From: Negaprion brevirostris
Taxonomy: Eukaryota
Length of the DNA: 64,000 nt
Direction: 5' to 3'
NCBI GenBank assembly: GCA_030324005.1
Contig: JARDVH010000137.1
Location: 13,589,736 to 13,653,735 of the forward strand
Shown: piece after piece, positions 52,046 through 64,000 of the stretch
How the letters are laid out: every line of letters begins with the position of its first letter
Position numbering within the stretch: position 1 is the stretch's first letter
Notes under the pieces: model-generated
The model's input: only the letters and a program-made list of their open reading frames with translations
What the model was told of the DNA's origin: nothing
The model's database searches: none
Position numbers and translations under genes: made by a program

Positions 52046-52177
52046 CTTTGGATATCAGTGAGTTCCAATACTGCCTCGTCATAGCTGATCTTATGCATCG
52101 TGTTGTCACGGAAAGAGGAGATCATACTAAGCTTCAGGGGTAGTTTGTTTCCTCCAGCAGATTAGACACCATCTTTA

Positions 52178-52490
52178 CCACAGTGATTAGCACTGGTGCC
52201 TCAAAGTGCCAGGGACCCGGGTTCAATTCCAGCCTCGGGTCACTGTCTGTGTAGAGTTTGCACATTCTCTCTTGTCTGCGTGGCTTTCCTCCACATGCTT
52301 CGGTTTCCTCCCACAGTCTGATAGACATGCTGGATAGGTGATTGGCCGTGCTAAATTGCCCTTTGTGTCAGGGAGATTAGCAGGATAAATCTTGGGGTCA
52401 CGGGGATAGAACCTGAGTGGGATTATTGTCACCGCAGGCTCGATTGGGCCAAATGACCTCCTTCTGCACTGTAGGGATTTTATTCTGTGA
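52178..52490 (+). mobile_element. HE1-like V-SINE, tail A, inserted into the RTE RT region
   Basis: Consensus head, core and tail, flanked on both sides by RTE RT motifs. Confidence 0.85.
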
Positions 52491-55024
52491 TTGAAATGGT
52501 TGAATGTCTTGGTTAGATTGATGAAGGGCAATATGTCACAAAGTTGTAACAGTGCACAAGGCTTTTTGGTCCATTGACTGCACAGCTCACCAAGTGAGTA
52601 ATTCCCTTAGTGCCATTCTCCTGCCTCCTCCCCATTACCCTTCACATTCCTCCTCAACAAACAGTTCAATTGCTTTTTCAGTGCCTCACTTGAGTCTTCC
52701 TCCACTACTATCTCGGGCAGCACTGCTACACAGAAATGTTCTTCTTCACATTACTTTTGCTCCTTTTGCCAGTTGGTTTTAAGATGTGTTCTCGTTCTTG
52801 ATTCTTTCACAAGGAATTTGTCCAAACCCCTCATGATAATGATCTTCTTTGTTGATGAAATTTCTCTTGCAGCTACAGACAGAGAACAAAAAACAAAGAA
52901 CAACCCAGCACAGGAAACAGGCCCTTCGGCCCAACGAGCCCGCGCCGCCGCATCCTCCTACACCTACNNNNNNNNNNNNNNNNNNNNNNNNNNNNNNNNN
53001 NNNNNNNNNNNNNNNNNNNNNNNNNNNNNNNNNNNNNNNNNNNNNNNNNNNNNNNNNNNNNNNNNNNGGACAAATATCTTTCCCATGATGCTCAGCAGGG
53101 AGCTGCTTTCTTTTGCATTCAATCTGGTGGCCCTCGTTCTTGTACAGGGTCTCTGTCTTTGCATCATGCATTTCCTAAGGCACTGCGCCTTTCTCCATCA
53201 GAGATGGACAAGTTTCTGCAGATGCTGCAGGTGTGCCAGCATCTTGTACTTGATGAGTTCAGATGGTATAGCATCAGCACCTGGAGCTTTATCAATGACA
53301 AGTGAGTCAATAGCTTTGCCAAGCTCTTGATATTCAGCTGTTCCATGACAGGCAGGCTTCCTGTGGTTGTAGAACCTCCTCAGTGACTGTGTTCTGCCTA
53401 GGATACAATTCCAGACTATGTTTTACCCATTTCTCCCACTGTTTTTCACAGTCAGTGATGAACTCTCCTGCCTTTGTTTCCATTGGAACAGTTTCTTTTG
53501 GACCTGTTACCTTTTTGATCCCATTATACTTGTGTTGAAAGATATCTGTATGATCTGATAAAGTTGTAACCAGTAGTTATTGGTGCACATCCAGCAAACT
53601 GTTGGACTTTACTTGGAGCTGCTCATAATACATTCTCCCCCAAACCCCTCTTATAACTAATGAGGTTTGATCATTTTGCTTGGATAAAAGATTTAATCAC
53701 AAGTGATGTTAGCTTCAAACCAGTCAGTGTTTTTTGCTCTTGCTTTCCATACGTTGAGAGTATGGTATTGGTCCATCGTGTCTCCAAGTGTGTTCCATTT
53801 TGCTTCTGCCTTTGGGGGAAAACTGTTCAATTGAATCGAGGAACTATTAGTTCTTGTCTGGGTAGACAGTACGGCAGATGTTGATATAAATATGACTTTT
53901 GTTTTGAATGAAGAAGTTTCAAGGGTTGCATGCTAACTGATACACGCCACAGTCAGTACTGTGTTCAGAATGCTGTTGAGAGAGTTGGTGATCAATTCTA
54001 GTTGGTGCCAATGCCTCCAAGACACTTTGTGGCATGGTTTGTTTTGAAAGGAAGTGTTGGGTATGCAAGACAGTAGAAGCAGTAAAGTTTGAGTAGTCTC
54101 TGCTGTTCTCATTTATTTTTCCCAGCCATGACTTCTGAGGCAGGAGGGCCATTTTTGCATTGAAATCCCTGGTAGGTGAAATGTTCTGACCTGGGAATTC
54201 TGCTGATGGTGTCAATCTCTCATAAAACTGATCTCTTTGCCTCTGAAGTGGAGCACAGCATTGGAGTGTAATACTTTTGAGGTTAACTGCTCCAGTTTGA
54301 GTTGAGAGGCAAATGGAGAGAACACGTTCTGGATGATTTGTAGAGGGTTCTATTTTCGAGATACAGTGAAGCCGACATGCATTTCGTCTCCACTCTTTCC
54401 CCTGGCAGATTAATGTATAATATTTCTCTGTTCAGTGATCTACAGTGAGCAGTGAGTCACTTTGGAAAGCTAACCAGTGTTCATCCTAATGACTTGGTGA
54501 CAGGAGTTGCTGTAAAAGATGAACTATTTGGACATATGTCTGTCTTTGGGCTCCAACTCCCTTAGAATTTAACCCTCCCGAGGTGTCCTCAGGGAAATGG
54601 AAGTATTTATCCTAACAGAATTTGGCTTATGAGTGCAATCTGAGGGCCAGAATCCCTCAAAAGTTTTAGCCTGAGACCACAAGGGACCCAATTTCTGTAT
54701 GTTGCCAAGAGCTGAGAATTTGTTGATGGAGAGTCTGTGAACGAACCAGGAGAGACTCATGCATTTGCCTCTTTCTTTCACATCACTGCTAAACAGTAGG
54801 GTAGGTTGAAAATGAGAAGAAAACTAATGCACAAAAAGCATGACGTACTCTTCACTCACACACTCGATGCATCACACAGATTTATTGGACACATACCATA
54901 CCAGAGCCAAATATAGTGCTTTGGATCCAATTGGGAGAGGGGGGGCTCCTGACCTCTGGCAACCCTAACATTTTGCCTTGGTCTGCACCTTGGAGAGGAC
55001 ACTCTAGTTTTGCTGCATACTTAG

Positions 55025-55195
55025 CGTATCAGTCAGTTGGCTGGATGGCTGATTTGTGATGTAGAGTGACACCAACAGTGCAGGTTGAATTTCCGTACCG
55101 GCTGAGGTTGTTATTGAAGGCCCTGCCTTCTCAGTCTTGCCCCTCACAAAGGGGACATCAGCCTATGGTCATCTGGAACTAGGTGACTTTATTAA
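55025..55195 (+). mobile_element. Second SINE family, internally deleted copy
   Basis: Homologous to 14320-14540 but lacking the cctgagg hairpin segment. Confidence 0.55.
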
Positions 55196-56713
55196 ACTTT
55201 ATAATAATGATGAATAAAGTTATTCATATTGCTCTTTTATAATGTATACAGATACTGGTAATTAAGTACATTGTCTGCACACACCAAACACTGACTCATT
55301 GGAACAAGTGCATCATCTTGACAAAAAAACAATCCTTGGCTCTTCACTTATCCCACGTACCAAGATGGTAGACAATTATGATTGTTAAAATGGTGCTGTG
55401 TATCGTTAATATTACACTACATATTCTTATGGTATGACACTGAAGTAAAAATTACATTTTGTAAAATGAGTATGATTTAACTGCTTTCTGTAAATTCAGT
55501 TTCAGTTGACACATTGAGCTGTCACAGCTACAACCTTCATGAAGCTTCACTGGGTATTTCATTGTCCTGTGTGCAGTGTACTTGGCTTTGCATTGCAGTT
55601 TGAGTAACTATATACAGTAGGTAGTATTATGATCAGGTAACAATCAGTACCAGTGTATTTATAGTGTATTTATAGTATTTATTTTGAACCAGCAGAATTC
55701 TTTGAATTTTCACTAAAAATAGATGCGAGATCTCATCTCAATAGTCATAGAATCCCACAATCTCTTCAAAGTACCCAAGGAATAATATGAGCTTCATAAA
55801 GCTTAGAGCTATCTGTTTCTCTAGTAGACTGGCATTGAGTTTTCAGTTGAAACCGAATAAAAATAAATGGGTAAATTGAAGTTTCTTACTGGTTTCTGAT
55901 GCTCCAAAATCTGATATTCTTCTAAACTCAAATGCACTGGTTTTGTAGTTGCCTGATTGTAATAATTTATCCCTTGTTCCCCAGTTGATATTTTTCTGTG
56001 ATTTGTGAGTGTTCTTGGTATCTGTCAATTGAGCTGCCTCGCTGAAGCTGTGAATAATCATCGGAATACAGCAAGATTGACTTGTAATCTACTGATTACT
56101 CATATGTTTTATAAGTGGCTGTAGAACTCGGCAGCCCAGGTGCAAGAGGCATTTTTTTCTTCCTTCCTTTGGCTACCACAGTTGAAGATGTTATGACTTT
56201 AATATTTGGCTATGCATGAATATGTAATATCCTTTGAGGACTGAGTTTTTTTAAGTAGTTTTCAAATTACATAAGTACCAACAAGTAAAATCAAATTTGA
56301 GCAACACAAGATTATACTTTCTCATCATATTGAAGAATCCGCTGAAAACTGGAGTATAAAATATTTCCATTTTCCTCAGAGGTTAAATAGTCTTTATCTG
56401 TGATACTCACTGTATACAACCTATACATTCCTATTCCAAATGTACTAACTTAATTTATTGCTATGGGAAAGAAGTTTGCACTGCAGTGCTTTTGTTCTTT
56501 GAAGCATTCTTGTTGATTGCTATTGTACCATTCAGCTTGTTTCCTTGTCTATCAAATTGCATGCTACAGGTATGGAAGTGATTTCTAACACATAACAAAT
56601 AAGAATCTATGTTGATGTCGTCCAGAGCCATTTTGTTAAGGCATTCTTAATTATTGATGATGAAGGGCATTCAGGGTTGCCTGTGTAATGGGGAACTTTT
56701 GGATAGAGTTTGC

Positions 56714-57002
56714 CGGTGGCACAGTCGTTAGCACTGCTGCTTCACAGCACCAGAGACCAGGTTCAATTCCAGCCTTGGGTGACTGTCTGGTGTAGAATTG
56801 ACACGTTCTCCCAGTGCGGTTTTTCTCCCACAGTCCAAAGATGTGCAGGTTAGATTGGTTGGCCATGCTAAGTTGCTCCTTAGTGTCAGGGGGATTAGCA
56901 GGGTAAATGTGTGCGGTTATGGAGATAGGACCTGGGTGGGATTGTGGTCAATGCAGACTCAATGGGCTGAATGTCCTCCTTCTTCACTGCAGGGATTCTA
57001 TA
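56714..57002 (+). mobile_element. HE1-like V-SINE, tail A
   Basis: Consensus head, core and tail. Confidence 0.85.
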
Positions 57003-58712
57003 TTGTAAATTCAGATCTTCTTTCTCCTATCAGTAGTCTGCAAGAAAATGACCATCTCCACTGTACCACTGAAGGTTTTCACACGTTTGTTAGTCAGTTG
57101 TTCATTGAACAATAGATCAGAGATGCTAATGGATGTATTTCAACAAAATTTTATACAAAGATAGGGTATGGCTCAAGGAAGAGCTGGTTAGTTTTTGGCA
57201 AAGATGATGATTCTGATCCTGGAATTTTTTTTAAAGGATTCATTCCCATTGGGAGATGGGTAAACTGACTTTTGATTTCAAATGTTGTGCAGTGTCTCAG
57301 CCACTGACAACATTTGTCATAGCTGTCAAAATATGAGCAGAGTTTTCAGAACTGGTTGTTGGATGTAGATTAGCCTGAGGCTTTTTCAATGAGATGGAAG
57401 CTCTTAATAAAAATATTTATTTTTACACCTTGGTAGTTAGAGCATTAACCAGATAGAGAACAGCTGTGCAATTTAGTAATGTTGAGTCAATACAGTGTGG
57501 AGGACATGTGTGCTAGTGGCCTTCACTTGTTAGTATTGTACTTGTGGTGTACAGATGGGACAAAGAAAATATCATAATGTGAACTGTTGGCACACAGCCT
57601 TTCAGTGTTATTCAAATGAGCAACTGATTTTACTAAAAAGGATTGCAAGTGCTTCATAGTTGTTTCCAATGTATTTTTCCTGAGTGAGTTACTCTTGTAC
57701 TGTTGTGGCTGATTGTGTTATCAAGAAGACTAATGTCACAATTTTTTGATTTGGGAGAAAGGAGTGGATGAGGTGAAATGTATACAAATGCACTGAGCGA
57801 CATTAAATCCAAACATAGAAAGGAGTTTGGCTCCAAAGATTAGCTAATCTTTGTTTAGTACCTTAAGCCAATGGAAATTTCAACTTGGAGCCAAAACTGG
57901 TCCCATGGATCTAGTTTACTGTCAGGTGGACAGCTGTGTGACTGACCAGAACTAATCCAAACTTATTGGTACTTAAGGCTTTCACTCTCAGCTTCTAAAA
58001 ACAATGTTATAATTTAGTCACAGTTAATTGAAGAGACCAGCATATCAGTATCGTCTGTTTATTTGTGTGATTCATGTTACTCAAAAAAAATGACAGCACC
58101 GAATCATGCCAAACCAGCTTGATTTCTGGTATCCATAGTTTAATTCATGAACTGTGATGACAAATTACGTAATCTTGATAATTCACAGTCAAAAGCATAC
58201 ATAGGATAATGTGCTTTGAAGCATATGGTCCACCTGAACGCCAAGAAAAANNNNNNNNNNNNNNNNNNNNNNNNNNNNNNNNNNNNNNNNNNNNNNNNNN
58301 NNNNNNNNNNNNNNNNNNNNNNNNNNNNNNNNNNNNNNNNNNNNNNNNNNAAAACTCCTCTTGCAATTTACCAATAAGGAATGATTCTGGGAGAATTCCA
58401 CCTTATTTCTGTGGGCGCAGAAAGGGAGCACTTTGGGAATGCTGTCATCTTGGATTTTGGGGAAGTGAGGATGAGTGGTTGTGAGTTCATGCAATTAACA
58501 TTGAGTTAGTTGACTTGATAAGGAAGCTAAAATGTTGTTCTTAAGAGTTACAAGAGTATAATTATTGCAAACCACATTGTTGCTTAGCTGCAAATAATGA
58601 AATGGCTTATAAGGAGCTCTGCTGTTTCATTATATCATTCTGTTTGGTGAATTGTAAATGTATCCAGAATATAGCAATTAAAATAATTTCTTCTGGTCTT
58701 TTTTTGGTACAG

Positions 58713-58853
58713 ATGCTTCCCACGTTGGTCACAGAAGATGCAAATCAGGGGCCTGGCTCCTTATTCCGGCAGCTCGCGGCTTTTCAAGAAGACGATGCAT
58801 CATCGTCATCATCCCTCTTTAAACTAGGGTGGCTTTCAAGCATGACAAAGTGA
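58713..58853 (+). CDS. COG1: COG1 exon 14 (last coding exon, 141 nt including the stop)
   Basis: ttttggtacag|MLPTLVTEDANQGPGSLFRQL...SSSLFKLGWLSSMTK*, the recognisable COG1 C-terminus. Confidence 0.96.
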   Translation: MLPTLVTEDANQGPGSLFRQLAAFQEDDASSSSSLFKLGWLSSMTK

Positions 58854-58910
58854 TAATGTCATCTTTCAAAACAGAAATGGTGGATGTAAAGTGTGATGTA
58901 GCTGCAAATT

Positions 58911-58916
58911 AATAAA
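58911..58916 (+). terminator. Candidate proximal polyadenylation signal (AATAAA) of COG1
   Basis: First AATAAA, ~57 nt after the stop codon; its use is unverified. Confidence 0.4.
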
Positions 58917-59549
58917 TACTGTGCAATAATACCAACTGCCATCTAAATGTAAATGTTATTGCCGTTGTAACTTACAGATGCACTAATAATGCATTTGTAA
59001 CCATGGGCAGCCACTTTAATATAGCTATTACTTTAATATTGCCACTATTAGGGTGCATATTTTCTAGAGAAAGTATATCACTGTCATCTGGCCCACAGTA
59101 TGTCAACTTGGGCCTTTATTGAATTGAAATATGGATTCATTCCTAATGAAATTGAACTAGTTTACCATGATTGGTAACATGAGTATGTCTCTAGGGTGCA
59201 GAAGCAGCATTCAATGAATTCATTCTTCAGCTGTTCATACATGCAGCCATTATCTGTCAGTACAGATCTATCAATTAGCAAACTGCCATTCCATTAGCAC
59301 TATGGGATATGTAGTCTTATTTTGATGATGAAGTCTCAAACAATATCTCTCAATATCTTCCATTAATAGGACACAGATGTAACAAACATCCTGTTTCTTC
59401 TTCTTCTTGAACAGGAATATCATAAAACTTATTTCAAGATTTCAGTCCAAACAGAGAACAGATTACCTTCTTTTCAAATCACAAAATAATGGCATCTCCC
59501 TCCAGTAAAATCAGTTCCCTCAGCTGGATTGAAGCATTATCTTAAAACC

Positions 59550-59702
59550 AAAATACTGCAAATGCTGAAATCAAACAAAAACAGAAAATGTTGGAAAATC
59601 TCAGCATGTTCGACAGTATCTTTGGGGAGAGAATAGAGCCAGAGTTTTGAGGCTCGATGACCCTTCATCAAATGAAGATGTTCCAGCATTTTCTCTTTGT
59701 TG
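59550..59702 (-). mobile_element. Penelope-like terminal repeat fragment with partial inverted end
   Basis: The minus strand reads tgatgaagggtcatcgagcctcaaaactc...gctgagattttccaacattttctgtttttg; a short inverted copy ttccagcattttctctttg follows. Confidence 0.55.
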
Positions 59703-59766
59703 TTGAAGCATTATCTATTTTATGAATGCTCATGGAAATGGATAGTTGGATTACTGCTATATGATG

Positions 59767-60082
59767 ATAGAAACCCTGCAGTGCAGGAGGAAACCATTTA
59801 GTCCATAGAAGCTGCACAGACTGATGGAGCATCTTATCCAGGCCCTAACCCCATGCATTTACCATGGCTAATTCATCCAACCGTACACATCTTGGGACAC
59901 TCGGGGGGAATTTAGCATAGCCAATCCACCTAACCCACACATCTTTGGACTGTGGGAAGAAACCAGAGCACCCAGAGGAAAGCCACACACACACACAAAA
60001 AGAATGTGCAAACTGCACAGAGTCATCCAAAGCTGAATTGAACCTGGGTCCCTGCCAAGCAGGGCTAACCACTGTGCCACCG
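59767..60082 (-). mobile_element. HE1-like V-SINE, tail A
   Basis: Reverse complement of the consensus. Confidence 0.82.
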
Positions 60083-63000
60083 TGGTGCCTCTCAACCTCA
60101 GGACGTCAACTCTCCAAAGAAGCATTTTACCCCCACTTTCTTGTCTCATGACCCCTCAAATGAAGCTGCAATTTCTAACATAGCAATAATAGTTTTTCCC
60201 TGAGCATTGTTTTATTTTTTCCCTAAATGTTACGTTTTATTGGAATTTCATGTTTCAAGGTTGTAAATGGTTTAGCACTTGAGTTTGCAGTCTCTTTGTA
60301 ACAGATGGACAAATGTTCAAGTTACATTGCTGTTGAGGGCCTACTGTAATATTGAAATTTTGCTTATTTATTAAACACCCTTTTCTGATTGTAGCATTAT
60401 GATTTGACTGTGAAAACTGCTGTAATTTAAGATAGATTTACTAATCTAATCTTGATTAGTAAACCTAATCTTGGTTGATTAGTCTTAAATATAGCTCAAG
60501 ATATAATCAGGGCCAAACTATTTATTGGTATGTGTTCCTCATTTGATATTGGGCAAATATATGTACTCAGCCAGAAACCTAATGATCTGAAACATATTTT
60601 GTATCTGAATCATAAGATACCTTTTGATTTTCCTGGTAAGTAGGAATATGTTGGGTAAATGTGAACTTGCAGAGAGGCATTAAATCCAAATCTTGAATTG
60701 ATTAGCTTAAGCCAACGGAAATTTAAGTTTGAATCGAGATTNNNNNNNNNNNNNNNNNNNNNNNNNNNNNNNNNNNNNNNNNNNNNNNNNNNNNNNNNNN
60801 NNNNNNNNTGTGAGCTGTCACCAGAAGCTGAAACGTTTGGTACTGATAGTGATATATGAAAGGCATCGTTCCAATTTATGTTTTATTTGTAAAGTGATTA
60901 TTGTCATAATAAATGACAAAAATTCTACTCCTTTACACAATGTCAAATGTGGGGTCAGTGGACGTTTTGAAATACAAGCAGAAAAAAACGTCTTAGCCAG
61001 TTTCAAGCTGTGTGGGGTGTGTGTGAAGGAAGAGGAGAGAAAGAGTTCTGGCCACAACTCTGTCTGAACTGAGATTCTCCAGCCTGAAATTCTGAGTACA
61101 TTTTAAATTTGGGAGGTACTTGAATTGCACACTCAGCTATTTTTATCTACTCTAGAGTTCTTAGTAAGCATGAGATTTTATTTAATCTTACTAAGAACAA
61201 AGCATCTTGGAAGTACAAGGAGTCTAAAATAAAAATGTTTTCTCAGTGGAATAAAAAATAATTTGTTCATTTTCCCATCATTTTTGCAAATAATGGCCAT
61301 CATTATTTTGTAGTTCCCTTTGAAGTTTGTTCTAATCCGATTTCCCATTGAACAAGAACTTTCTCCAGTTGCGCATCAATAAATTTATATCAGGCAATGT
61401 GCCAACACAAATGGTGAAATAAAGATAGTACTGAAATTATCAGCGAATTAAAAACTGACTTGTGTTCAATTATTGTCTCCTTGGAGCAGCATGTAAACTG
61501 GGGAGGGTAGAGAAGATGGGGTGTGTGGTGGACAATGATGGAACATTGTGATGCTCTGGAGGTGACTGCAATAAGATATTGCTGGAGCTGTTTGGGGCAT
61601 ATATCCTAATCTGCAATCAGGAATTTAAGGGTTAGACATGTCCTATGTGTCTTCAGAGATCTAAGTTTCCGAGTCTCATAGTTCATCATTTCACCTTGAC
61701 TAGATTGACAAAATATGAGAAAGCAACAGATTGAGGAAATGATGGGGCAAAGTCTCAAATGCAGGTGTATGAGGATGACACAGGAGGAAGAAATGGCAGC
61801 TTGATTTTTGTGACAGGAAGGATCATAGGCTCCTTGGATTTGGTAAGGATGTATGATGCAGGGAGTAGGAAGTCAGGAGGTTGTTGGTCATTGAGGAGTC
61901 CATGGTTTGGCTTAGCTTAATGATGATTCCCAATAAATAGGACAATTTAGGCTTTAAGTTTCGGCATAATGAAGAAACACTTAAGCTGATGTCTTTGTCT
62001 TGCAAGTTTCTCTATGTTTAAATTCTTTCAGTGGTATACACATTATAGTTACACAATACATGAGTAGAAAAGCAGTCACAAAAAAACATGAAACAATGGC
62101 ATTTTCTCTAACTCAGTTTTTCAGCTTTCTCAATTACTTAACCCACTCAATAAAATTCTGAAATACCCCAACAGCACTGTGGGTGTAAATGCAGCGGTTC
62201 AAGAAGACTGTGCCTCACCACCTCGAGGACAACTGGGGATAGGCACAGATATCCACAGCTAAAACCAGTATCACATCCTCCACCAAAAATCTCTAACCTC
62301 CCTGACTTAACTGTATGTTTATCTCCCAAAATCTATTCTGAAAATGTTGAAATCCGGTTTCTGTTTTATCCATGAAGCTATGACGTTGTTAACCATCATG
62401 ATCTTTCTGAACCTTTTCAGATTACTTAGCAATGAGCTTTTTCCTTGATTGATTTCCCCTCTCCGTGTATCCCCAACTCTTCTCCCTGTCTACCATTCAA
62501 CCAAGGCTGTACCTGCTCTTTTTTAAAAGATGAGAAATAGGAGCGGTAGGCCATTGGGTCCCTCATGGATGTCCCGCATCAACAAAATTGTTACTAATTA
62601 TCTACCTCAACTCCACTTTCCCACTAGCACCATACCTATTCCCTACCTGTGAAGTGTGTGATGTGTAATAAGCATGAAAATGGGAATGCTTTATAAAGCA
62701 TAAATTGCCTTCAAAACATTATTCAGTTAATAGTATTTTTAGTCACGAGTTCCAGTAAAGATCTTGTCTTGGCATCTTTTTCAGCTGTTAACTTGGAAGT
62801 TTGAATTTATTTTTAAACATCAATCTCTATGGGGATCATAGCGATTGCTCTATCAACTTTTCCAAATTAGTAAAGTGTTGTTGTGTTGCATTTATGCTTC
62901 TATACACACACACATACGCTAATGAAATTTAACTTTATCTCTCTGCTTCTACCATCAATACAAAGACTGTTGCGATAAAGTCTGACTGCCTGACCGAGGT

Positions 63001-63159
63001 TGAGATCTAAATTCCCCAAGGTGCTTCCAGCTCAAACTTGGCAAAACTGAAGCTATCCTTTTTGATTTTCATTAAAATATATTTCTTGTTGGCCTTGATT
63101 TCCTAGTTGGCAGTGTAAGGCAATTGAGATGTAGAAACTTGACTTTGAATTCATTTTCT

Positions 63160-63690
63160 TATTCCACATCTTTATTATTAAGATCACTTATTCATCTTTG
63201 CAAGATTATCTGCCTCCAGCCTCATGATGAAATCTCAGTCCTTGCTTACATCACCTGGTGGCTTGATTTTTTAAAATGCACTCCTTGCATGTCTCCCTGC
63301 ATCAGCATTCCCTCAACTCACGTAAAATATCATGGCCCTTGTTCACTCACACCTTCCAATGCCCTTCCCCTCTAATCTCTGCACCTAAGTTGTTTTCAAA
63401 CTTTGTTCTCATGTTTTAATCTCACCACCTCCCTGTGTCACACTAATTCAGTGATTACCATCCTGCCTTACATAGTTCTAACAATAGGTTTCTCCTTATC
63501 ACCACTGTACCAGTGGTGACTCTTATTCAGCCTATTTCCTTGGCCCTGCCTCTTTACGCATGCCTGAAAACGTTCTCAAAATTTTTCTTTAATCATCCCT
63601 TTGGTTCCTTTCTGATTTGTCTCTCCTTGCTGTGTAGTATCAGTTTCTGGTCCATCTCAAGCTCAGGTGCTGTGAAGCATTTTTTGTAAG
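63160..63690 (+). mobile_element. L2 LINE 3' fragment (old)
   Basis: Similar to 38325-38915 (cttgttcactcacacc..., tttcaaactttgttctcatg, ctgtgaagcattttt). Confidence 0.45.
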
Positions 63691-64000
63691 GAGCAGGAAA
63701 GAAATGAAAGCTGCTGTTCAGAAGAGAACAACAAAAATGAACAAAAAAAAATTCTTCTTACAAATACCATCTGCATGTCCTCCAAGTGCAGGGAGTAAAT
63801 GATCAGTTGCGTCAGATTCATCTAAACTTATTCTTTTCATGAGATGCGGGTGCTGCTGCCTTGAGCAGCATTTGATTCCCATCCCTAATTGCCCTTACGA
63901 AGCTATTGGTGAGCCAAACTATATTGCCTACATTTGTCTTTGGTAAAGTTCATGTTCTGCTATGCAAAAGGCAAAATGTCTCCCCCTTGTGCTTCTCTGA

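Larger units (their letters stand above)
50955..55000 (-). mobile_element. Fragmented RTE-clade LINE interrupted by SINE and CR1 insertions
   Basis: Colinear minus-strand motifs: KAIDSL..DKAPGADAIPSELIK and DAKTETLYKNEG...SLLSIMGKIF (53070-53330), FINLTKTFN (~52500-52530), SMISSFRDN..ISYD (~52060-52140), and a C-terminal FTCSQCSSGCHDRMG zinc-knuckle (~51030-51075). The 5' limit is approximate. Confidence 0.7.

Noticed and set aside
51325-52143. 272-aa and 240-aa ORFs
   Set aside because: Their length comes from reading through N runs; the flanks are SINE, CR1 and RTE fragments.
21639-58713. Possible U12 or non-canonical introns in COG1
   Set aside because: All 13 introns are GT-AG, and none has a GTATCCTT donor.
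1519-60151. Recurring ORFs such as MAQWLALLPH...CLCGVCTFSPCL and KPEHPEETHADTGR
   Set aside because: These are translations of V-SINE copies, not a gene family.

Overview
This is eukaryotic (vertebrate) genomic DNA, almost certainly from a shark or other elasmobranch, judged from the abundant HE1-type V-SINEs and CR1/HER1-type LINE tails. It is not prokaryotic, and most short ORFs in the track are repeat-derived noise. Two complete intron-containing Golgi/glycosylation genes lie head-to-head around one CpG island (~20.45-21.72 kb). CANT1 is on the minus strand with 3 coding exons (9233->3490; 634+204+371 nt = 402 aa) and a probable non-coding first exon at ~20.7 kb. COG1 is on the plus strand with 14 coding exons (21325->58853; 2955 nt = 984 aa); all its introns are GT-AG and the exon phases chain in frame. 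The introns hold about 19 tRNA-derived V-SINE copies with two different 3' tails, CR1, L2 and Rex1/Babar fragments, a fragmented RTE LINE, Penelope-derived pieces and MITEs. The most notable structures are: a ~32-33 bp degenerate tandem array of NRF1-like sites in the shared promoter; a duplicated 87-nt exon-like cassette in the CANT1 5' intron; a 163-bp ~95% inverted duplication that splits a SINE in COG1 intron 2; and a TSD-flanked palindromic element carrying hammerhead ribozyme cores. I cannot support a new multi-gene system here. Repeat boundaries are approximate and family names come from recognition, not from database searches.
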